This document shows positions 19,211-29,525 of a DNA stretch of 64,000 nucleotides, piece by piece (positions within the stretch are counted from its first letter, which is position 1; each line of letters begins with the position of its first letter). Both the position numbers and the translations under genes were made by a program. Under the pieces are notes generated by a model that did no database searches, was not told the DNA's origin, and saw only the letters and a list, made by a program, of their open reading frames with translations. Source of the DNA: Candidatus Bathyarchaeota archaeon (lineage in GTDB: Archaea > Thermoproteota > Bathyarchaeia > 40CM-2-53-6); the NCBI GenBank assembly GCA_963726255.1, contig CAVSBL010000002.1, positions 256,001 to 320,000 of the forward strand, read 5' to 3'.

Positions 19211-20659
19211 TCAACGAACCGCGCCGGGCCTGAATTTCTGAATTATCTTTCTGACACGGAAGTATACTCTTCTTCCGTAACGGTTAAGTGTCCACCGACC
19301 GAACAACGCCGCGGCTACTAGAACCACCAGTATGGCGATGAATAAGTATGGTTGCGCCGCCACGTCGTACGTAGCAGTCCCCGAATTACCAAACGTGTCC
19401 GCGGCATTGACTCTAAATGTCCAAGTTCCAACCCGCCAAAGGTCAGAGAACGAACTCGGATACGAGGCTCGCCACGCCTGTATGGTCGGGTCATAGACGG
19501 AATCTAGTTCCGAAACGGTCGATCCCGTAGAGAGTAACAATCGAACAGTTCCGTTCGTCAACAGTGTCCCATCTGGGTAAGTCACTTTCGAGATTATGCT
19601 GACCTGCCCGAAGGGGATCTGAGTCTGTGTTCCATTTACTTCGCTTTGGATGACTAAACTCGCATTTCTGACCTGGAAAGAATCTGAAAACGTATCGGTA
19701 GGCCCACCCTTGTTTCCGGAACCGTCATCAAACGACATTGCCGGTAATTCGAATCTGTATTTCCCGGCAGATGTCGCGTTTGCAAGGATCCTGGCGCTGG
19801 CCATCCACATTCCGTTCACCGAGTCAGCCAAGGAAACCGAAGCGTAAGCCACGGTAGCTTGGTCCTGCAAGAGCAGGATTGTTTGGACTCCAGGTTTTGA
19901 TTTAAGGACAGGGCTTCCGTCAGGGTATTGAAGAGCTAGCGAAAACGCTGCCTGTTCAGTACGCTGGTAAACCTGTTTCGGTTGTTGAAGGATCTTGGGG
20001 GTCAATACGGCCTCCGTCACTGTGAACTTGGATTCGGACACGTAGTCTTGTTGTGCGTTGTCGTAGATTCCCGTACCGTCTATGAAGATAGTATACACGT
20101 CTGTAATGGCATCTGCAGCCACTCTCCATGTGTGGTTGAAATCGCCAGCGGTCGTCGAGGCGAGAGTAGCTTGATGAATGTAATTCCCGGCAGCATCACG
20201 AATTGTTAGCTTAAGGCTCGTTCCAGGAAACAGGCCTCCTCCAACAATCTGTAAAGACTGCGTTCGTTGATACAGCGGCCTTAGTGGCCCCCAAACCCCG
20301 AAATGCGCGGTCGCTTGCGAAGCATCAACGATTGCGGAATTTGAGAGGCTGACTGAATAAGTTCCGAGGGAAGCATTTGCACTTAGTGCCAGGGCGATGC
20401 CCGGTGGCACCATCCCACCAGAGACAGGGGAGAAGCTAGTTCCAGTGAAACGCGTTCTGTTGTCTGCGGGGCTCATAGTCCAAATGTAGTATGTCACCCC
20501 TTGCGAAAGCCCTGACCCAAGGAGCGTAGCCTGCTTATCCCTTGTCGTGTAGAGGGGTTGATCGGTTCGTAAGCTTGCCGCGGCGTAGGCTGGGGTAGGC
20601 AGCAGCGAAATGACAGTTAGTAGACCTAGAATGATTACGAGAGCCCGTGTCTTCTTCAT
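19211..20659 (-). CDS. Secreted, C-terminally anchored multi-Ig-like cell-surface protein
   Basis: Signal peptide MKKTRALVIILG...PAYA, Ser/Thr-rich beta repeats, C-terminal TM helix plus basic tail; the track's longer start overlaps the tRNA. Confidence 0.8.
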   Translation of the reverse strand: MKKTRALVIILGLLTVISLLPTPAYAAASLRTDQPLYTTRDKQATLLGSGLSQGVTYYIWTMSPADNRTRFTGTSFSPVSGGMVPPGIALALSANASLGTYSVSLSNSAIVDASQATAHFGVWGPLRPLYQRTQSLQIVGGGLFPGTSLKLTIRDAAGNYIHQATLASTTAGDFNHTWRVAADAITDVYTIFIDGTGIYDNAQQDYVSESKFTVTEAVLTPKILQQPKQVYQRTEQAAFSLALQYPDGSPVLKSKPGVQTILLLQDQATVAYASVSLADSVNGMWMASARILANATSAGKYRFELPAMSFDDGSGNKGGPTDTFSDSFQVRNASLVIQSEVNGTQTQIPFGQVSIISKVTYPDGTLLTNGTVRLLLSTGSTVSELDSVYDPTIQAWRASYPSSFSDLWRVGTWTFRVNAADTFGNSGTATYDVAAQPYLFIAILVVLVAAALFGRWTLNRYGRRVYFRVRKIIQKFRPGAVR

Positions 20660-20702
20660 CGTTTGTCGGTTCTCCTCAATTTTCAGCAAACTGCTGGGTA
20701 AT

Positions 20703-20827
20703 TGGCGCCGGGAGAGGGATTCGAACCCCCGAGGCCCGCAAGGGCCACAGGCTTGCGTTGAATCGTTCACTCAAGGCCTGCGCCTCTAGATCGAGTTCTC
20801 ACTGTTAATCCGCTCGGCCATCCCGGC
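20703..20827 (-). tRNA. trnS: tRNA-Ser(TGA) with two introns (D-loop 20786-20805; canonical 37/38 20754-20769)
   Basis: GCCGGGA/TCCCGGC acceptor, CAGGC-CTTGAGA-GCCTG anticodon arm, long variable arm, G73 plus CCA; D-loop intron BHB helix GGAT/ATCT; TATA CTTAAATA at 20851-20858. Confidence 0.92.
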
Positions 20828-20905
20828 TAGGTACCCCTCAAGGCGATTCCTATTTAAGTTCCGAGACAACTTGCGAGCGATGAAACCTCGAAGGGGCCTC
20901 TTCTA

Positions 20906-21340
20906 GTGTCAGTTGCGGGTTACACATTCCTCCCACACACGACGGACGCATACATTCAGGCGACGGGCTCAACATTGGAGGAAGCCTTTGAGTATGCTGC
21001 AATGGCGCTTTTTGACACCATGTGCGATTTGACAACGATTTCGCCCGACCATGTTGAAAACATGGAAGTTACCGGAGCCGACGAAGTTGCACTTCTACAT
21101 AATTGGCTGGAGTCCTTGCTGCTCAAATTCGAGCTTGAAGGCAAGGTGTTTTCGAAGTTCAAAGTGACTCTGAGCAGGAGGCTGTCAAACCGACTTCAAG
21201 CGAATGCAGAGATCTATGGGGAGCCCTACAACAAGAAAAAGCACGGCGCCAAAGTTGAGGTGAAAGCCGTGACCGTTCACAAGATGGAAATCGTTCGAAA
21301 TGGGGCCGCGACGACAGCGAGGTATATCTTGGACCTCTAG
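20906..21340 (+). CDS. Archease (RtcB tRNA-ligase cofactor)
   Basis: FLPHTTDAYIQATG and EVKAVTVH motifs. Confidence 0.92.
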   Translation: MSVAGYTFLPHTTDAYIQATGSTLEEAFEYAAMALFDTMCDLTTISPDHVENMEVTGADEVALLHNWLESLLLKFELEGKVFSKFKVTLSRRLSNRLQANAEIYGEPYNKKKHGAKVEVKAVTVHKMEIVRNGAATTARYILDL

Positions 21341-22386
21341 GTGGCCCGCGCTACTTCCCTGAACCTTGGTATCAACTCTAACTCGGACGGGTCCACCCCA
21401 CGGAGTAGGGCTAAGTATGCTGACACGTAATCGCCGAACATGACAGCGGTAAGCAGCCGTTCTAGCCGATTCCCTCCTAGCCCCTCAAACTCGAGAACTC
21501 GTAATCCTAGTTCCGTCAGTAAGCCGTAGAGTTTTTCTCGGGTTCTCCGTTGCCGGTCGCCCTCGTCTTGGTCCCGGAGGAAAATTGGCTGCGGCTGAGA
21601 GAGTTTGCAAATCATCTTCAAACCTTCAATATCGTCGTGGTATGCTTCGGGCAACGTGTAATAGATCGCCGGGTATTTGCTATTTTCATTAAGTTCGTTC
21701 TTGAATCGGCGTAGTACGCTTGCAGCCTCTTCACTGCCAAAGAGCAAAGGTAACTTGCCTTGGAGCCCCATCGCCATCTGCTTGGCCTTGTTTTGAGGCA
21801 AGGAAACATTCGGCCCAATTGCGCGTACCTGAGCTTGGAGCTTTTCCGACGTGCCTCGAAGGAGGTCTGTCGGTTCTGGAATAACTCCTGCTAAGCCCAT
21901 TACGAAAATTGTCGCGGCCAAGAGTTCCGGAAGGGCGACCCTAGGAAGTAGCCCCCCGGAAACCTTCAGATAGCCTATTTTGTTGCTTATTGATTCGGAG
22001 ATGAGCTTGCCTCCGGAACTAACCGTTATCACTTTAGCGCCACTCCGTATGGCCTGGTCAAACAGGGAAATCGTCTCCTTCGTCTCGCCCGAGTAGCTGA
22101 TTGCAACAAACAATGTGTGCTCTCCAACATATGCAGGAAGTTCCAAGGCCTTACAAACTGAAACCGGTACATCGCCGGCGCTTCTCAGATAGTCGGAAAC
22201 GATGTCGCCAATTATCCCCGACCCCCCAACCCCTCCGAAGACAACGTTTCGAGGCCTTTCAAAGCGCCCCCCACAAGTTGCCGTCGCATCGATGGGAGGG
22301 TGGAGACGCGTAGGGGTCTTCTCCATGACTGAGAGCATGTGAGAGCGGTCAATGTCACTCATTGAGGAGGTATTGTCTAGGTTCAT
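21337..22386 (-). CDS. Bifunctional phosphoglucose/phosphomannose isomerase (SIS family)
   Basis: GVGGSG, ISYSGETKET, RFKNELNENSK, PEAYH. Confidence 0.9.
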   Translation of the reverse strand: MNLDNTSSMSDIDRSHMLSVMEKTPTRLHPPIDATATCGGRFERPRNVVFGGVGGSGIIGDIVSDYLRSAGDVPVSVCKALELPAYVGEHTLFVAISYSGETKETISLFDQAIRSGAKVITVSSGGKLISESISNKIGYLKVSGGLLPRVALPELLAATIFVMGLAGVIPEPTDLLRGTSEKLQAQVRAIGPNVSLPQNKAKQMAMGLQGKLPLLFGSEEAASVLRRFKNELNENSKYPAIYYTLPEAYHDDIEGLKMICKLSQPQPIFLRDQDEGDRQRRTREKLYGLLTELGLRVLEFEGLGGNRLERLLTAVMFGDYVSAYLALLRGVDPSELELIPRFREVARAT

Positions 22387-22464
22387 GCCGGCCACCATGA
22401 GAGAATGCGGTCTAGTGCAATAAGATTCATCTTCCACACGGTGCCACCCCTCCACAGAGAGAAA

Positions 22465-23328
22465 ATGACCTCTGCAGTGAAGGACCCTAGCCTAAGCGTG
22501 GCGATTCCAGCGTCCTTGGTCGCTGACACTCCACACTTACGGGAGAAAACAGCCAAATTGGGAGCAGTTGCACGAGCCTGCGCGATTTTTGGAGTCCGTG
22601 AAGTCATACTCTACCCTGATGACCTGCGGCGTGACCGGCCCGAGGACATGCAGCTTTGCGCAGAGCTATTGAGTTTTATCGAGACGCCTCAATACCTCCG
22701 GAAGAGACTCTTCAAACTGAGCCCATCACTCAAGTTCGCTGGAATCCTACCCCCGCTGCAGATTCCGTCCCATGATGTTCCTCGCTCGATTCGAGATTGC
22801 AGACAGGGCGACCTCCGGGAAGGTGTCGTGGTCGCCCAACGTGGAGAAACCTTAGCGGTAGATATCGGACTTGAGCATACACTAGAATGCCGCGGAAGAA
22901 TTTCAGTCGGAGGCAGAATCACTGTTCGACTATCCACTACCGAAAAGAGTTTGATTGGTGAAATCGTTGACCCATCCAAGATAAGCATATATTGGGGCTA
23001 CCGGGTTAGACAGCCGAAATTCAGCTTAGGAACCCTGCTCAAGAAGGAGAGATTTGATCTAAGAATCGGGACGTCCCGATACGGAACCAACATACTGGAT
23101 GTTTGGCCGCAAGTAAGCAGTTCAATGAGGAGTGTGGTTTCGGTTTTGGTTGTCTTTGGTTCGCCGCGGTTGGGGCTCACTGAGATTCTGAGCCAAGAAG
23201 GCAAGACTCACAGCGATGCTTTTGATTTCTTGATCAATACCGTTCCGGCTCAAAACGTAGCGACGGTGCGGACCGAGGAAGCAATCTTCATTTCCTTGGC
23301 GCTCTTGAACACGATGAAGTTAGGTTGA
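22465..23328 (+). CDS. SPOUT-family RNA methyltransferase (DUF171)
   Basis: ETPQYLRK, GILPPL, YWGY, QNVATVRTEEA; usual position at the head of the S10 cluster. Confidence 0.9.
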   Translation: MTSAVKDPSLSVAIPASLVADTPHLREKTAKLGAVARACAIFGVREVILYPDDLRRDRPEDMQLCAELLSFIETPQYLRKRLFKLSPSLKFAGILPPLQIPSHDVPRSIRDCRQGDLREGVVVAQRGETLAVDIGLEHTLECRGRISVGGRITVRLSTTEKSLIGEIVDPSKISIYWGYRVRQPKFSLGTLLKKERFDLRIGTSRYGTNILDVWPQVSSSMRSVVSVLVVFGSPRLGLTEILSQEGKTHSDAFDFLINTVPAQNVATVRTEEAIFISLALLNTMKLG

Positions 23329-23334
23329 TGCAAA

Positions 23335-24123
23335 TTGGCAAAGACAGTTAATGTTTATGACGTTGAAGGAAAATCAGTCGGGAAAGTTCCAGTCCCAGAC
23401 TTCTTCGAGTCACCGGTACGTGCCGACCTGATCAGGCGAGCGGTCGTCTCTCTTCAGAGCGGTGCCTTCCAACCACAAGGCCGCGACCCAATGGCTGGGA
23501 AGCGAACGACCGCGGAGTCCTACGGCGTTGGCCGTGGCATGTCCCGCATCCCAAGGGTCAAGGGGGAAAGGTACTCGAGAGGGGGCCTAGCAGGGTTTGC
23601 GGCGGGGACCGTGAAGGGCAGGCTAACCTTTCCGCCAACCTCAGCGCACTATAGTGCTAAGGGAATCAATAAGAAGGAACTCAAGTTAGCTTTTCGTTCT
23701 GCAGTGGCGGCGACATCTTCGAAAGAACTAGTCAAAGCAAGAGGGCACAGGGTCGCTTCAGACCTAGACTTACCCATTGTAGTTTCGGAGGACGCTGAAA
23801 AGATAACGACAAGTTCTGGCGCAGAAAAGATTCTGAGAAATCTCGGCCTCTGGGAAGACGTGGAACACGCGGCCAACCGAAAGGCTCGCAGCGGCAAAGG
23901 CAGCGTTCGCGGTCGACCCTACAAGCATCCGGTCAGCGCGTTGGTTGTAGTTGCAAAAAGGCAGGGTGCCGAAAAGGCCTTCAGGAACTTCACCGGTGTC
24001 AAAGTTGTCGACGTTCAAAGCCTGAACGTCAGCGACCTTGCGCCAGGCACACATGCGGGCCGACTCACGATCTGGACGCAGTCGGCGCTCAAAGGACTGG
24101 ACTCCCGGCTTGGAGGAAGCTGA
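23335..24123 (+). CDS. rpl4: 50S ribosomal protein L4 (uL4)
   Basis: QGRDPMAGKRTTAESYGVGRG, LAPGTHAGRLTIWT. Confidence 0.97.
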   Translation: MAKTVNVYDVEGKSVGKVPVPDFFESPVRADLIRRAVVSLQSGAFQPQGRDPMAGKRTTAESYGVGRGMSRIPRVKGERYSRGGLAGFAAGTVKGRLTFPPTSAHYSAKGINKKELKLAFRSAVAATSSKELVKARGHRVASDLDLPIVVSEDAEKITTSSGAEKILRNLGLWEDVEHAANRKARSGKGSVRGRPYKHPVSALVVVAKRQGAEKAFRNFTGVKVVDVQSLNVSDLAPGTHAGRLTIWTQSALKGLDSRLGGS

Positions 24124-24125
24124 AA

Positions 24126-24395
24126 ATGGCGAAGCTCGCCACGAGTGAGATCGTGAAATATCCTCTGCTGTCCGAGGATGCAGTGACACTCCTGGAGGGA
24201 GAAAACAAAATCACCTTCATCGTTGACATCAGATCCGACAAACATGACATTAAGAGGGCCATTCAAGAGCTGTATGAGGTACGCGTTCAGGATGTAAATA
24301 CCATGATAACGCCCGAAGGCGAGAAGAAGGCGTTCGTTAAGCTAGCGCCGGACTTCAAGGCCTCAGACCTCGCAGTGCGACTCGGAATACTATAG
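24126..24395 (+). CDS. rpl23: 50S ribosomal protein L23
   Basis: VNTMITPEGEKKAFVKL. Confidence 0.96.
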   Translation: MAKLATSEIVKYPLLSEDAVTLLEGENKITFIVDIRSDKHDIKRAIQELYEVRVQDVNTMITPEGEKKAFVKLAPDFKASDLAVRLGIL

Positions 24396-24473
24396 ACCGT
24401 CTTGGGGCAACTCTACTCGGGGGCGGCAACGTTAATTAGAAGATTACCGAACGGAACAGCTGTGTGTTAGAGT

Positions 24474-24875
24474 TTGCCGCGTGAATTCTCATACAGAGGT
24501 CACACAATCGACGATTTGCAGCAAATGTCCATGGACGAATTCATTAGGATACTGCCCGCGAGGCAGAGAAGGTCGTTGACGAGGGGGCTAACGGCAGATC
24601 AGCGAATCCTGATGGAACTCATCCGGAACTACAGCAGAAAGAAAGGAAAAGACGCGAAACCCATCAAGACGCATTGCAGAGACATGGTTATCCTTCCGGA
24701 AATGGTGGGGCTATCCATACTTGTCCACAGCGGAAAAGAATTCACATCGCTCGACATCAAACCAGAAATGATCGGACACTACATCGGCGAATTCATCATA
24801 ACAAACAAAAAAGTCGTACACGGAACACCAGGCATCGGAGCATCACGCAGCTCAATGTACGTACCTCTGAAGTAG
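24474..24875 (+). CDS. rps19: 30S ribosomal protein S19 (uS19)
   Basis: [32 protein letters not shown]. Confidence 0.97.
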   Translation: MPREFSYRGHTIDDLQQMSMDEFIRILPARQRRSLTRGLTADQRILMELIRNYSRKKGKDAKPIKTHCRDMVILPEMVGLSILVHSGKEFTSLDIKPEMIGHYIGEFIITNKKVVHGTPGIGASRSSMYVPLK

Positions 24876-25053
24876 CAGAACTGTTCCCGGAACCACACTT
24901 TCGCTCGACTCTCGCGATTATCTAACTCCCGCTACTACTCTAACTACGTTGCGCTTCAAATCGGAAGAGAATCGGCTCCAAACTCCTCAAACTTCAACCC
25001 ATCCACCGAGGGACGGTGAGATCGCGATCTAGGCTCTTAACGGAGTTCCTGCC

Positions 25054-25601
25054 TTGGGACGTTTAGGTCGCTATCGGCGTTGGTCTATTCGTGTTTCAAG
25101 TCTAACTTTGGCGCATGTTACACGTCTGGCGTTGAGTGAAGGATGGGAGATCAGTGACCTCACGAGGGCGCTGGTCGTTTTTGCCGCTACGGCTACTTGG
25201 CTTGCTTTAGAGAACCAGAAGAACGTGGACATACTGAGAGCAATAGGGGTTCTCGGCCGTATGCGTAACGCCCTAAGCAAACGTATTCCAGGTTCGGTGC
25301 AAAAAGACCATACCCTCTTGCTAGGGGTTCCCAAGACACGGCTGTTATGACCCTCATCCTACCGGCGGACATCGCAGAATTGCTTGAATCCTTTGCAGCG
25401 GCCAAGATAATATCGAAAACGATTTGTGCGCGACCTTCCCACGAAAGGCCTGATCATGTACTTGGCCGCGAAGCAGAGGCTTCTTCAAGCGCTTCAAAAT
25501 CAACGGCGGAGGGCGGAGATCAGCAGCCAAGTGAACATGAATGTACTACCCGGGTACTACATTCGCATTCCCTTTCCCGAGCCCTTGCATGTCATTGAAT
25601 A
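25054..25601 (+). pseudogene. Frameshifted gene, possibly a tandem ribbon-helix-helix regulator
   Basis: Coherent protein-like sequence continues across frames at short A/C runs (about 25301, 25416, 25438): ...PGSVQK/RPYPLARGSQDTAVMTLILP...SK/NDLCATF/TKGLIMYL. Confidence 0.4.
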
Positions 25602-25664
25602 GAGTGTATGTTTTTGAAAACTGAGGATACAATGATATAGAGGGTGGAGGGTCGTTCTCGGCGT

Positions 25665-25919
25665 TTAGTTGCGTTTTCTAGCCAATAGAAAGAATGGTAA
25701 TGCCACGAGGACCCCGACTAGCAGGGAGATCAAGATCACTTGGTAGGAAGGTTGGGTTGGGCGAACTAGGTTGCCCATGGTGTGTTGGGCTTCGAGAGGC
25801 TGGCTGACAAGATTCGGCTCAGGGGAGCGCACGCCCAGACTAGACGAATTAAACGGAACGTAGACTATTCCCAAGCCCAGTAGTATGCCGAGAACGGCTG
25901 CCAACCATAGTTTACTCAT
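25665..25919 (-). CDS. Small two-TM membrane protein
   Basis: MSKLWLAAVLGILLGLG... with C-terminal TM helix plus RKRN. Confidence 0.7.
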   Translation of the reverse strand: MSKLWLAAVLGILLGLGIVYVPFNSSSLGVRSPEPNLVSQPLEAQHTMGNLVRPTQPSYQVILISLLVGVLVALPFFLLARKRN

Positions 25920-25987
25920 TGACCTGGTCGGCTCCCTTGACTCTTCAAACTGGTTAAGCCTACATTTTCGAACAGCAGCCGCCCCAC

Positions 25988-26434
25988 CTAAACGACACGT
26001 TCCTTCCACATTCTGGCACACTCGTACCAAGAAACTGCGGCGCCTGCGGTTCCGAAGACAAGCCCCGCAAGCTCAATCGTGCCACTCTGAAGGACGGTAA
26101 CGATGGCATAGACAATTGTCGCCGTGGTGAGGAAGATTGCGTAGAAGAGGTATCGAGGCAAGATGAGATGTCCAACCTTCAAGAACATCTTTAGCGTTCC
26201 CACGGGGACCTGTTCTTTCAGGAAATACTGCCCCATAGCATCCTTCTCAGTCACTCCGAGCTCCCGTAATTTCTCCAGATGGTACAGGGCGGTACTCGGG
26301 CTCGACATTGAAAGTGCCCTCTGAGTCTCGCGCACTCCCACTGGTTTCGTATTCCTGAATAGGTACCAATACACTCTCAAAGTCGTCCCGTGGATTTCGC
26401 TTTCATTCCCTGAATTGGTCGCGGGAGTTTCCAT
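25988..26434 (-). CDS. Membrane-anchored winged-HTH regulator
   Basis: GVRETQRALSMSSPSTALYHLEKL followed by two TM helices. Confidence 0.85.
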   Translation of the reverse strand: METPATNSGNESEIHGTTLRVYWYLFRNTKPVGVRETQRALSMSSPSTALYHLEKLRELGVTEKDAMGQYFLKEQVPVGTLKMFLKVGHLILPRYLFYAIFLTTATIVYAIVTVLQSGTIELAGLVFGTAGAAVSWYECARMWKERVV

Positions 26435-26549
26435 TTAAACCCGAGTCAACAGCATACCCGTCATACATAGAATTTGCCTGAGTCGCTTCGAAAGAGGTGG
26501 CGGGCTGGCATCGAAAGTGTGAAAAACATGGGTGTCTGGATTATGGGGC

Positions 26550-26843
26550 ATGACTAACTGTCCATATTGTGCATCAACCGTTAGCGAGAATGCTTTCTTT
26601 TGTCACAGGTGCGGCACAAGGTTACCAGCCTCCTACCCGCCCTCGGCATACGGCTATGGTTCAACAGACGTAGTTCAGCAAGCCTTAGGTCCACTTTCAC
26701 GCCTTTGGTTCTCGCTCACTCAAGAAGAAAGAGCAATGGTGATCGGTCTGCTCCCATACGCCTTCCAAGGCTACCCCGCTGCCATTCAACGCGTCAGACA
26801 GTGGGTAGCGGATCGCTCAAGATATGATCGCCCTTACACCTGA
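26550..26843 (+). CDS. Zinc-ribbon domain protein
   Basis: CPYC...FCHRCG. Confidence 0.75.
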   Translation: MTNCPYCASTVSENAFFCHRCGTRLPASYPPSAYGYGSTDVVQQALGPLSRLWFSLTQEERAMVIGLLPYAFQGYPAAIQRVRQWVADRSRYDRPYT

Positions 26844-27030
26844 GGAAAGATAAGGCAACGAGACCGGGTCTCTTACTATCAAAGAGACAATACGGCTTGC
26901 CGAGTACAGCGTCTTCGGCGATGAGAACTAGTTAGCGCGTTTAACACCGAACGACGTCACGCAAAATTTCAGGGCTAAACAACGTTTTTTAGGGTTACTG
27001 TGCACATGCGGGCCGCACGGTGCAAAATCG

Positions 27031-27498
27031 ATGCCGAATTGGGGATACTCGGTCAAGGAGTTCGACCCAGACCGAGCTGTCCAGTGCTCTGGTAGAGAGT
27101 TGGATGTTTCCCCAAAGGCAGCGACTGAGATTTGCAGGAAGCTTCGCGGGATGAGGCTAGATTCGGCGAAGGAGCTTCTGGAGGCCGTCACGAAGAAGAA
27201 GCGTGCGATCGCGTACAGGCGTTACCATAAGGAAGTTCCACATAGAAGCCTCGACGAAGGCTGGTACGCTGGCCGTTACCCCGTGAAGGCCGCAAAGACA
27301 TTCCTGTTTCTCCTAGAGGAATTGGAGGCGAACGCCGAATACAAGGGTCTAGACGTGGACCGCTTAAGAATCGTGCACGCAGCCTCTCAAAGAGGCGTAA
27401 AGACCCAGCGGTTCATATCAAGGGCCATGGGAAGAGCCACGCCTTACCGGAATACTCTCGTACATGTCGAGCTAATGGGATACGAGGTAGCCGAGTAA
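27031..27498 (+). CDS. rpl22: 50S ribosomal protein L22
   Basis: GRYPVKAA, RAMGRATP. Confidence 0.97.
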   Translation: MPNWGYSVKEFDPDRAVQCSGRELDVSPKAATEICRKLRGMRLDSAKELLEAVTKKKRAIAYRRYHKEVPHRSLDEGWYAGRYPVKAAKTFLFLLEELEANAEYKGLDVDRLRIVHAASQRGVKTQRFISRAMGRATPYRNTLVHVELMGYEVAE

Positions 27499-27499
27499 G

Positions 27500-28204
27500 T
27501 TGCCAGTTCACAAGTATTTCGTGAGGGAAAACGCCCGTAGGGCCGAAATTGACGAGTACCTCTCCCAAGAACTGAAGCGGGCCGGTTACAGCAGGCTTGA
27601 AATGACCAAGACCCCGCTCGGCACCAGGGTTGTCGTTTACGCATCGAAACCAGGGCTTGTGATAGGCAGGCGGGGCCAAAGCATACGGGACTTGACACAG
27701 ATTCTGGAGCAGCGTTTTGGCGTTGAAAACCCGCAGATTTCAGTTGCCACGATAGACGCGCCTGAACTTGACCCGAAGGTAGTTGCTTCCCAGATTGCAA
27801 TGGCGCTCCAACGCGGCATTCATTTCAGGCGTGCAGCGTACTGGGCCCTTCAACGGACAGTGGAAGCTGGCGCCCTTGGTGTCGAGATAGCGATTCGGGG
27901 GAAGCTGACAACTGACCGGGCGCGCTATGAAAAATATCGGGCGGGTTACTTACCCTCGGTTGGTGAGGCAGTCAGCAAGATAGTGCGGACTGCTGTTGTC
28001 GATACCCAGCTGAAGCAAGGGCTGTTCGGAATAACCGTCAAACTCATGCCTCCAAACGTTTCATTGCCAGACAAGCCCGTAGTCAAGGAGATAGGCGAAG
28101 CCCCACCGATACCGAAACCGATAATCCAAGAAATTGTGGCAGAAGCTGGAACAGCTGAAACAGTTCAAGAGGTGGCCGACAGTGCCGATTCTAAGAAAGC
28201 GTGA
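27500..28204 (+). CDS. rps3: 30S ribosomal protein S3
   Basis: KH domain PGLVIGRRG; GIHFRRAAY. Confidence 0.97.
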   Translation: MPVHKYFVRENARRAEIDEYLSQELKRAGYSRLEMTKTPLGTRVVVYASKPGLVIGRRGQSIRDLTQILEQRFGVENPQISVATIDAPELDPKVVASQIAMALQRGIHFRRAAYWALQRTVEAGALGVEIAIRGKLTTDRARYEKYRAGYLPSVGEAVSKIVRTAVVDTQLKQGLFGITVKLMPPNVSLPDKPVVKEIGEAPPIPKPIIQEIVAEAGTAETVQEVADSADSKKA

Positions 28205-28400
28205 GATCAGACAGCTACTCCCCGAAGAACGCGGCAAGAAGTTAGCTGAGTTGCGAACGGAACTCGCAAAACTGCGTACGAACGTGAAATCTGGGGGCAC
28301 CGTGGAGAATGTCGGCAGAATTCACGAACTGAAGCGAACTATAGCACGCATCCTTACCATTTCAGCCGAAAAAGTTCCGCCAGAGGCGCCCAAGGCATGA
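28182..28400 (+). CDS. rpl29: 50S ribosomal protein L29
   Basis: ELKRTIARILT; GTG start at 28182. Confidence 0.93.
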   Translation: MPILRKREIRQLLPEERGKKLAELRTELAKLRTNVKSGGTVENVGRIHELKRTIARILTISAEKVPPEAPKA

Positions 28401-28681
28401 GTGAGATTACACCGCAGAACATACTCCGCCACGAACTAATCGGGCTAACCGTAAGAGTCGTGAACGCAAGAGCCTCTTCGATCAAGGGAATTCGCGGCGT
28501 AGTAGTAGATGAGACGAGGAACATGTTAACGATAAACGCTGGGAGAGAAAGAGTTATGGTTCCGAAGAATGTTGCTTCGTTTCGATTCAATCTCCCTAGC
28601 GGCGTCCGAGTAGATGTAGATGGGGATCGTTTGGTTGGTAGGCCGGAGAATCGTTTGAAAACGAAAGTGAGGCGTTGGTGA
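28397..28681 (+). CDS. rnp1: Ribonuclease P protein component 1 (Rpp29)
   Basis: HELIGL, GVVVDETRNML, GRPENRLK. Confidence 0.95.
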   Translation: MSEITPQNILRHELIGLTVRVVNARASSIKGIRGVVVDETRNMLTINAGRERVMVPKNVASFRFNLPSGVRVDVDGDRLVGRPENRLKTKVRRW

Positions 28682-29010
28682 TGTCTGACATGGGAATTGG
28701 CGCGAAAGCGCCCAAGAAATCTTGTGACGACCGTAACTGTCCCTTCCACGGTCAGCTGTCCGTGAGACGGAAATTCTTGGATGGGAAGGTGGTAAGCACC
28801 AAAATGACTAAGACGGTTACTGTGGAGAGAGATTACTTGAATTATCTACCGAAGTACACTCGGTATGAGAAACGTAGGAGCCGTATTATGGCACACAGCC
28901 CCCCATGCCTGGAAGTACACGAGGGCGATCGCGTCAAGATCGCGGAGTGCCGCCCTATTAGCAAGGAAGTCGCTTTCGTGGTTGTCGAGAAACTGACTGG
29001 GCTAACATGA
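28681..29010 (+). CDS. rps17: 30S ribosomal protein S17 (uS17)
   Basis: CDDRNCPFHG, ECRPISK. Confidence 0.96.
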   Translation: MSDMGIGAKAPKKSCDDRNCPFHGQLSVRRKFLDGKVVSTKMTKTVTVERDYLNYLPKYTRYEKRRSRIMAHSPPCLEVHEGDRVKIAECRPISKEVAFVVVEKLTGLT

Positions 29011-29085
29011 AGTAGCGTCTCCGTCTTCGCAACATAACCTTAATTTGTTTCAGGCGTGTTCTGCAGCGCCTTACGTGAGAGCAAG

Positions 29086-29523
29086 ATGCCCGCCCCTAAA
29101 ACTCGTGCTGTCAGTGCGAAAGGCATGGTAGAGTACCGGCCGCACGTTGCACGAGGATTACCCAATGGTTGCAGAATCAACTGCGCCGATAATACGGGGG
29201 CGAAGGAACTCAAGGTCATACAGGTTTTTGGTTACCACAGTCGCCTGAGACGCGTCCCATCGGCCTGCGTTGGCGATATGGTCATGGTCTCCGTTTCCAA
29301 GGGGACCCCCGACCTTCGGCGGCAGATGTTTCCAGCCGTTGTTGTTCGGCAAGTGAGGCTCTTCAAGCGTCCGGACGGAACTAGGCTCTCCTTCCACGAT
29401 AACGCTGCCGTTATCATGACCCCCGAAGGGGAATTGAAAGGGACCGAAATTCGCGGGCCTGTGGCAAGGGAAGCTGCCGAGCGTTGGCCAAGGGTATCTA
29501 ACCTCGCTAGTATTATCATCTGA
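29086..29523 (+). CDS. rpl14: 50S ribosomal protein L14
   Basis: [26 protein letters not shown]. Confidence 0.97.
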   Translation: MPAPKTRAVSAKGMVEYRPHVARGLPNGCRINCADNTGAKELKVIQVFGYHSRLRRVPSACVGDMVMVSVSKGTPDLRRQMFPAVVVRQVRLFKRPDGTRLSFHDNAAVIMTPEGELKGTEIRGPVAREAAERWPRVSNLASIII

Positions 29524-29525
29524 AA

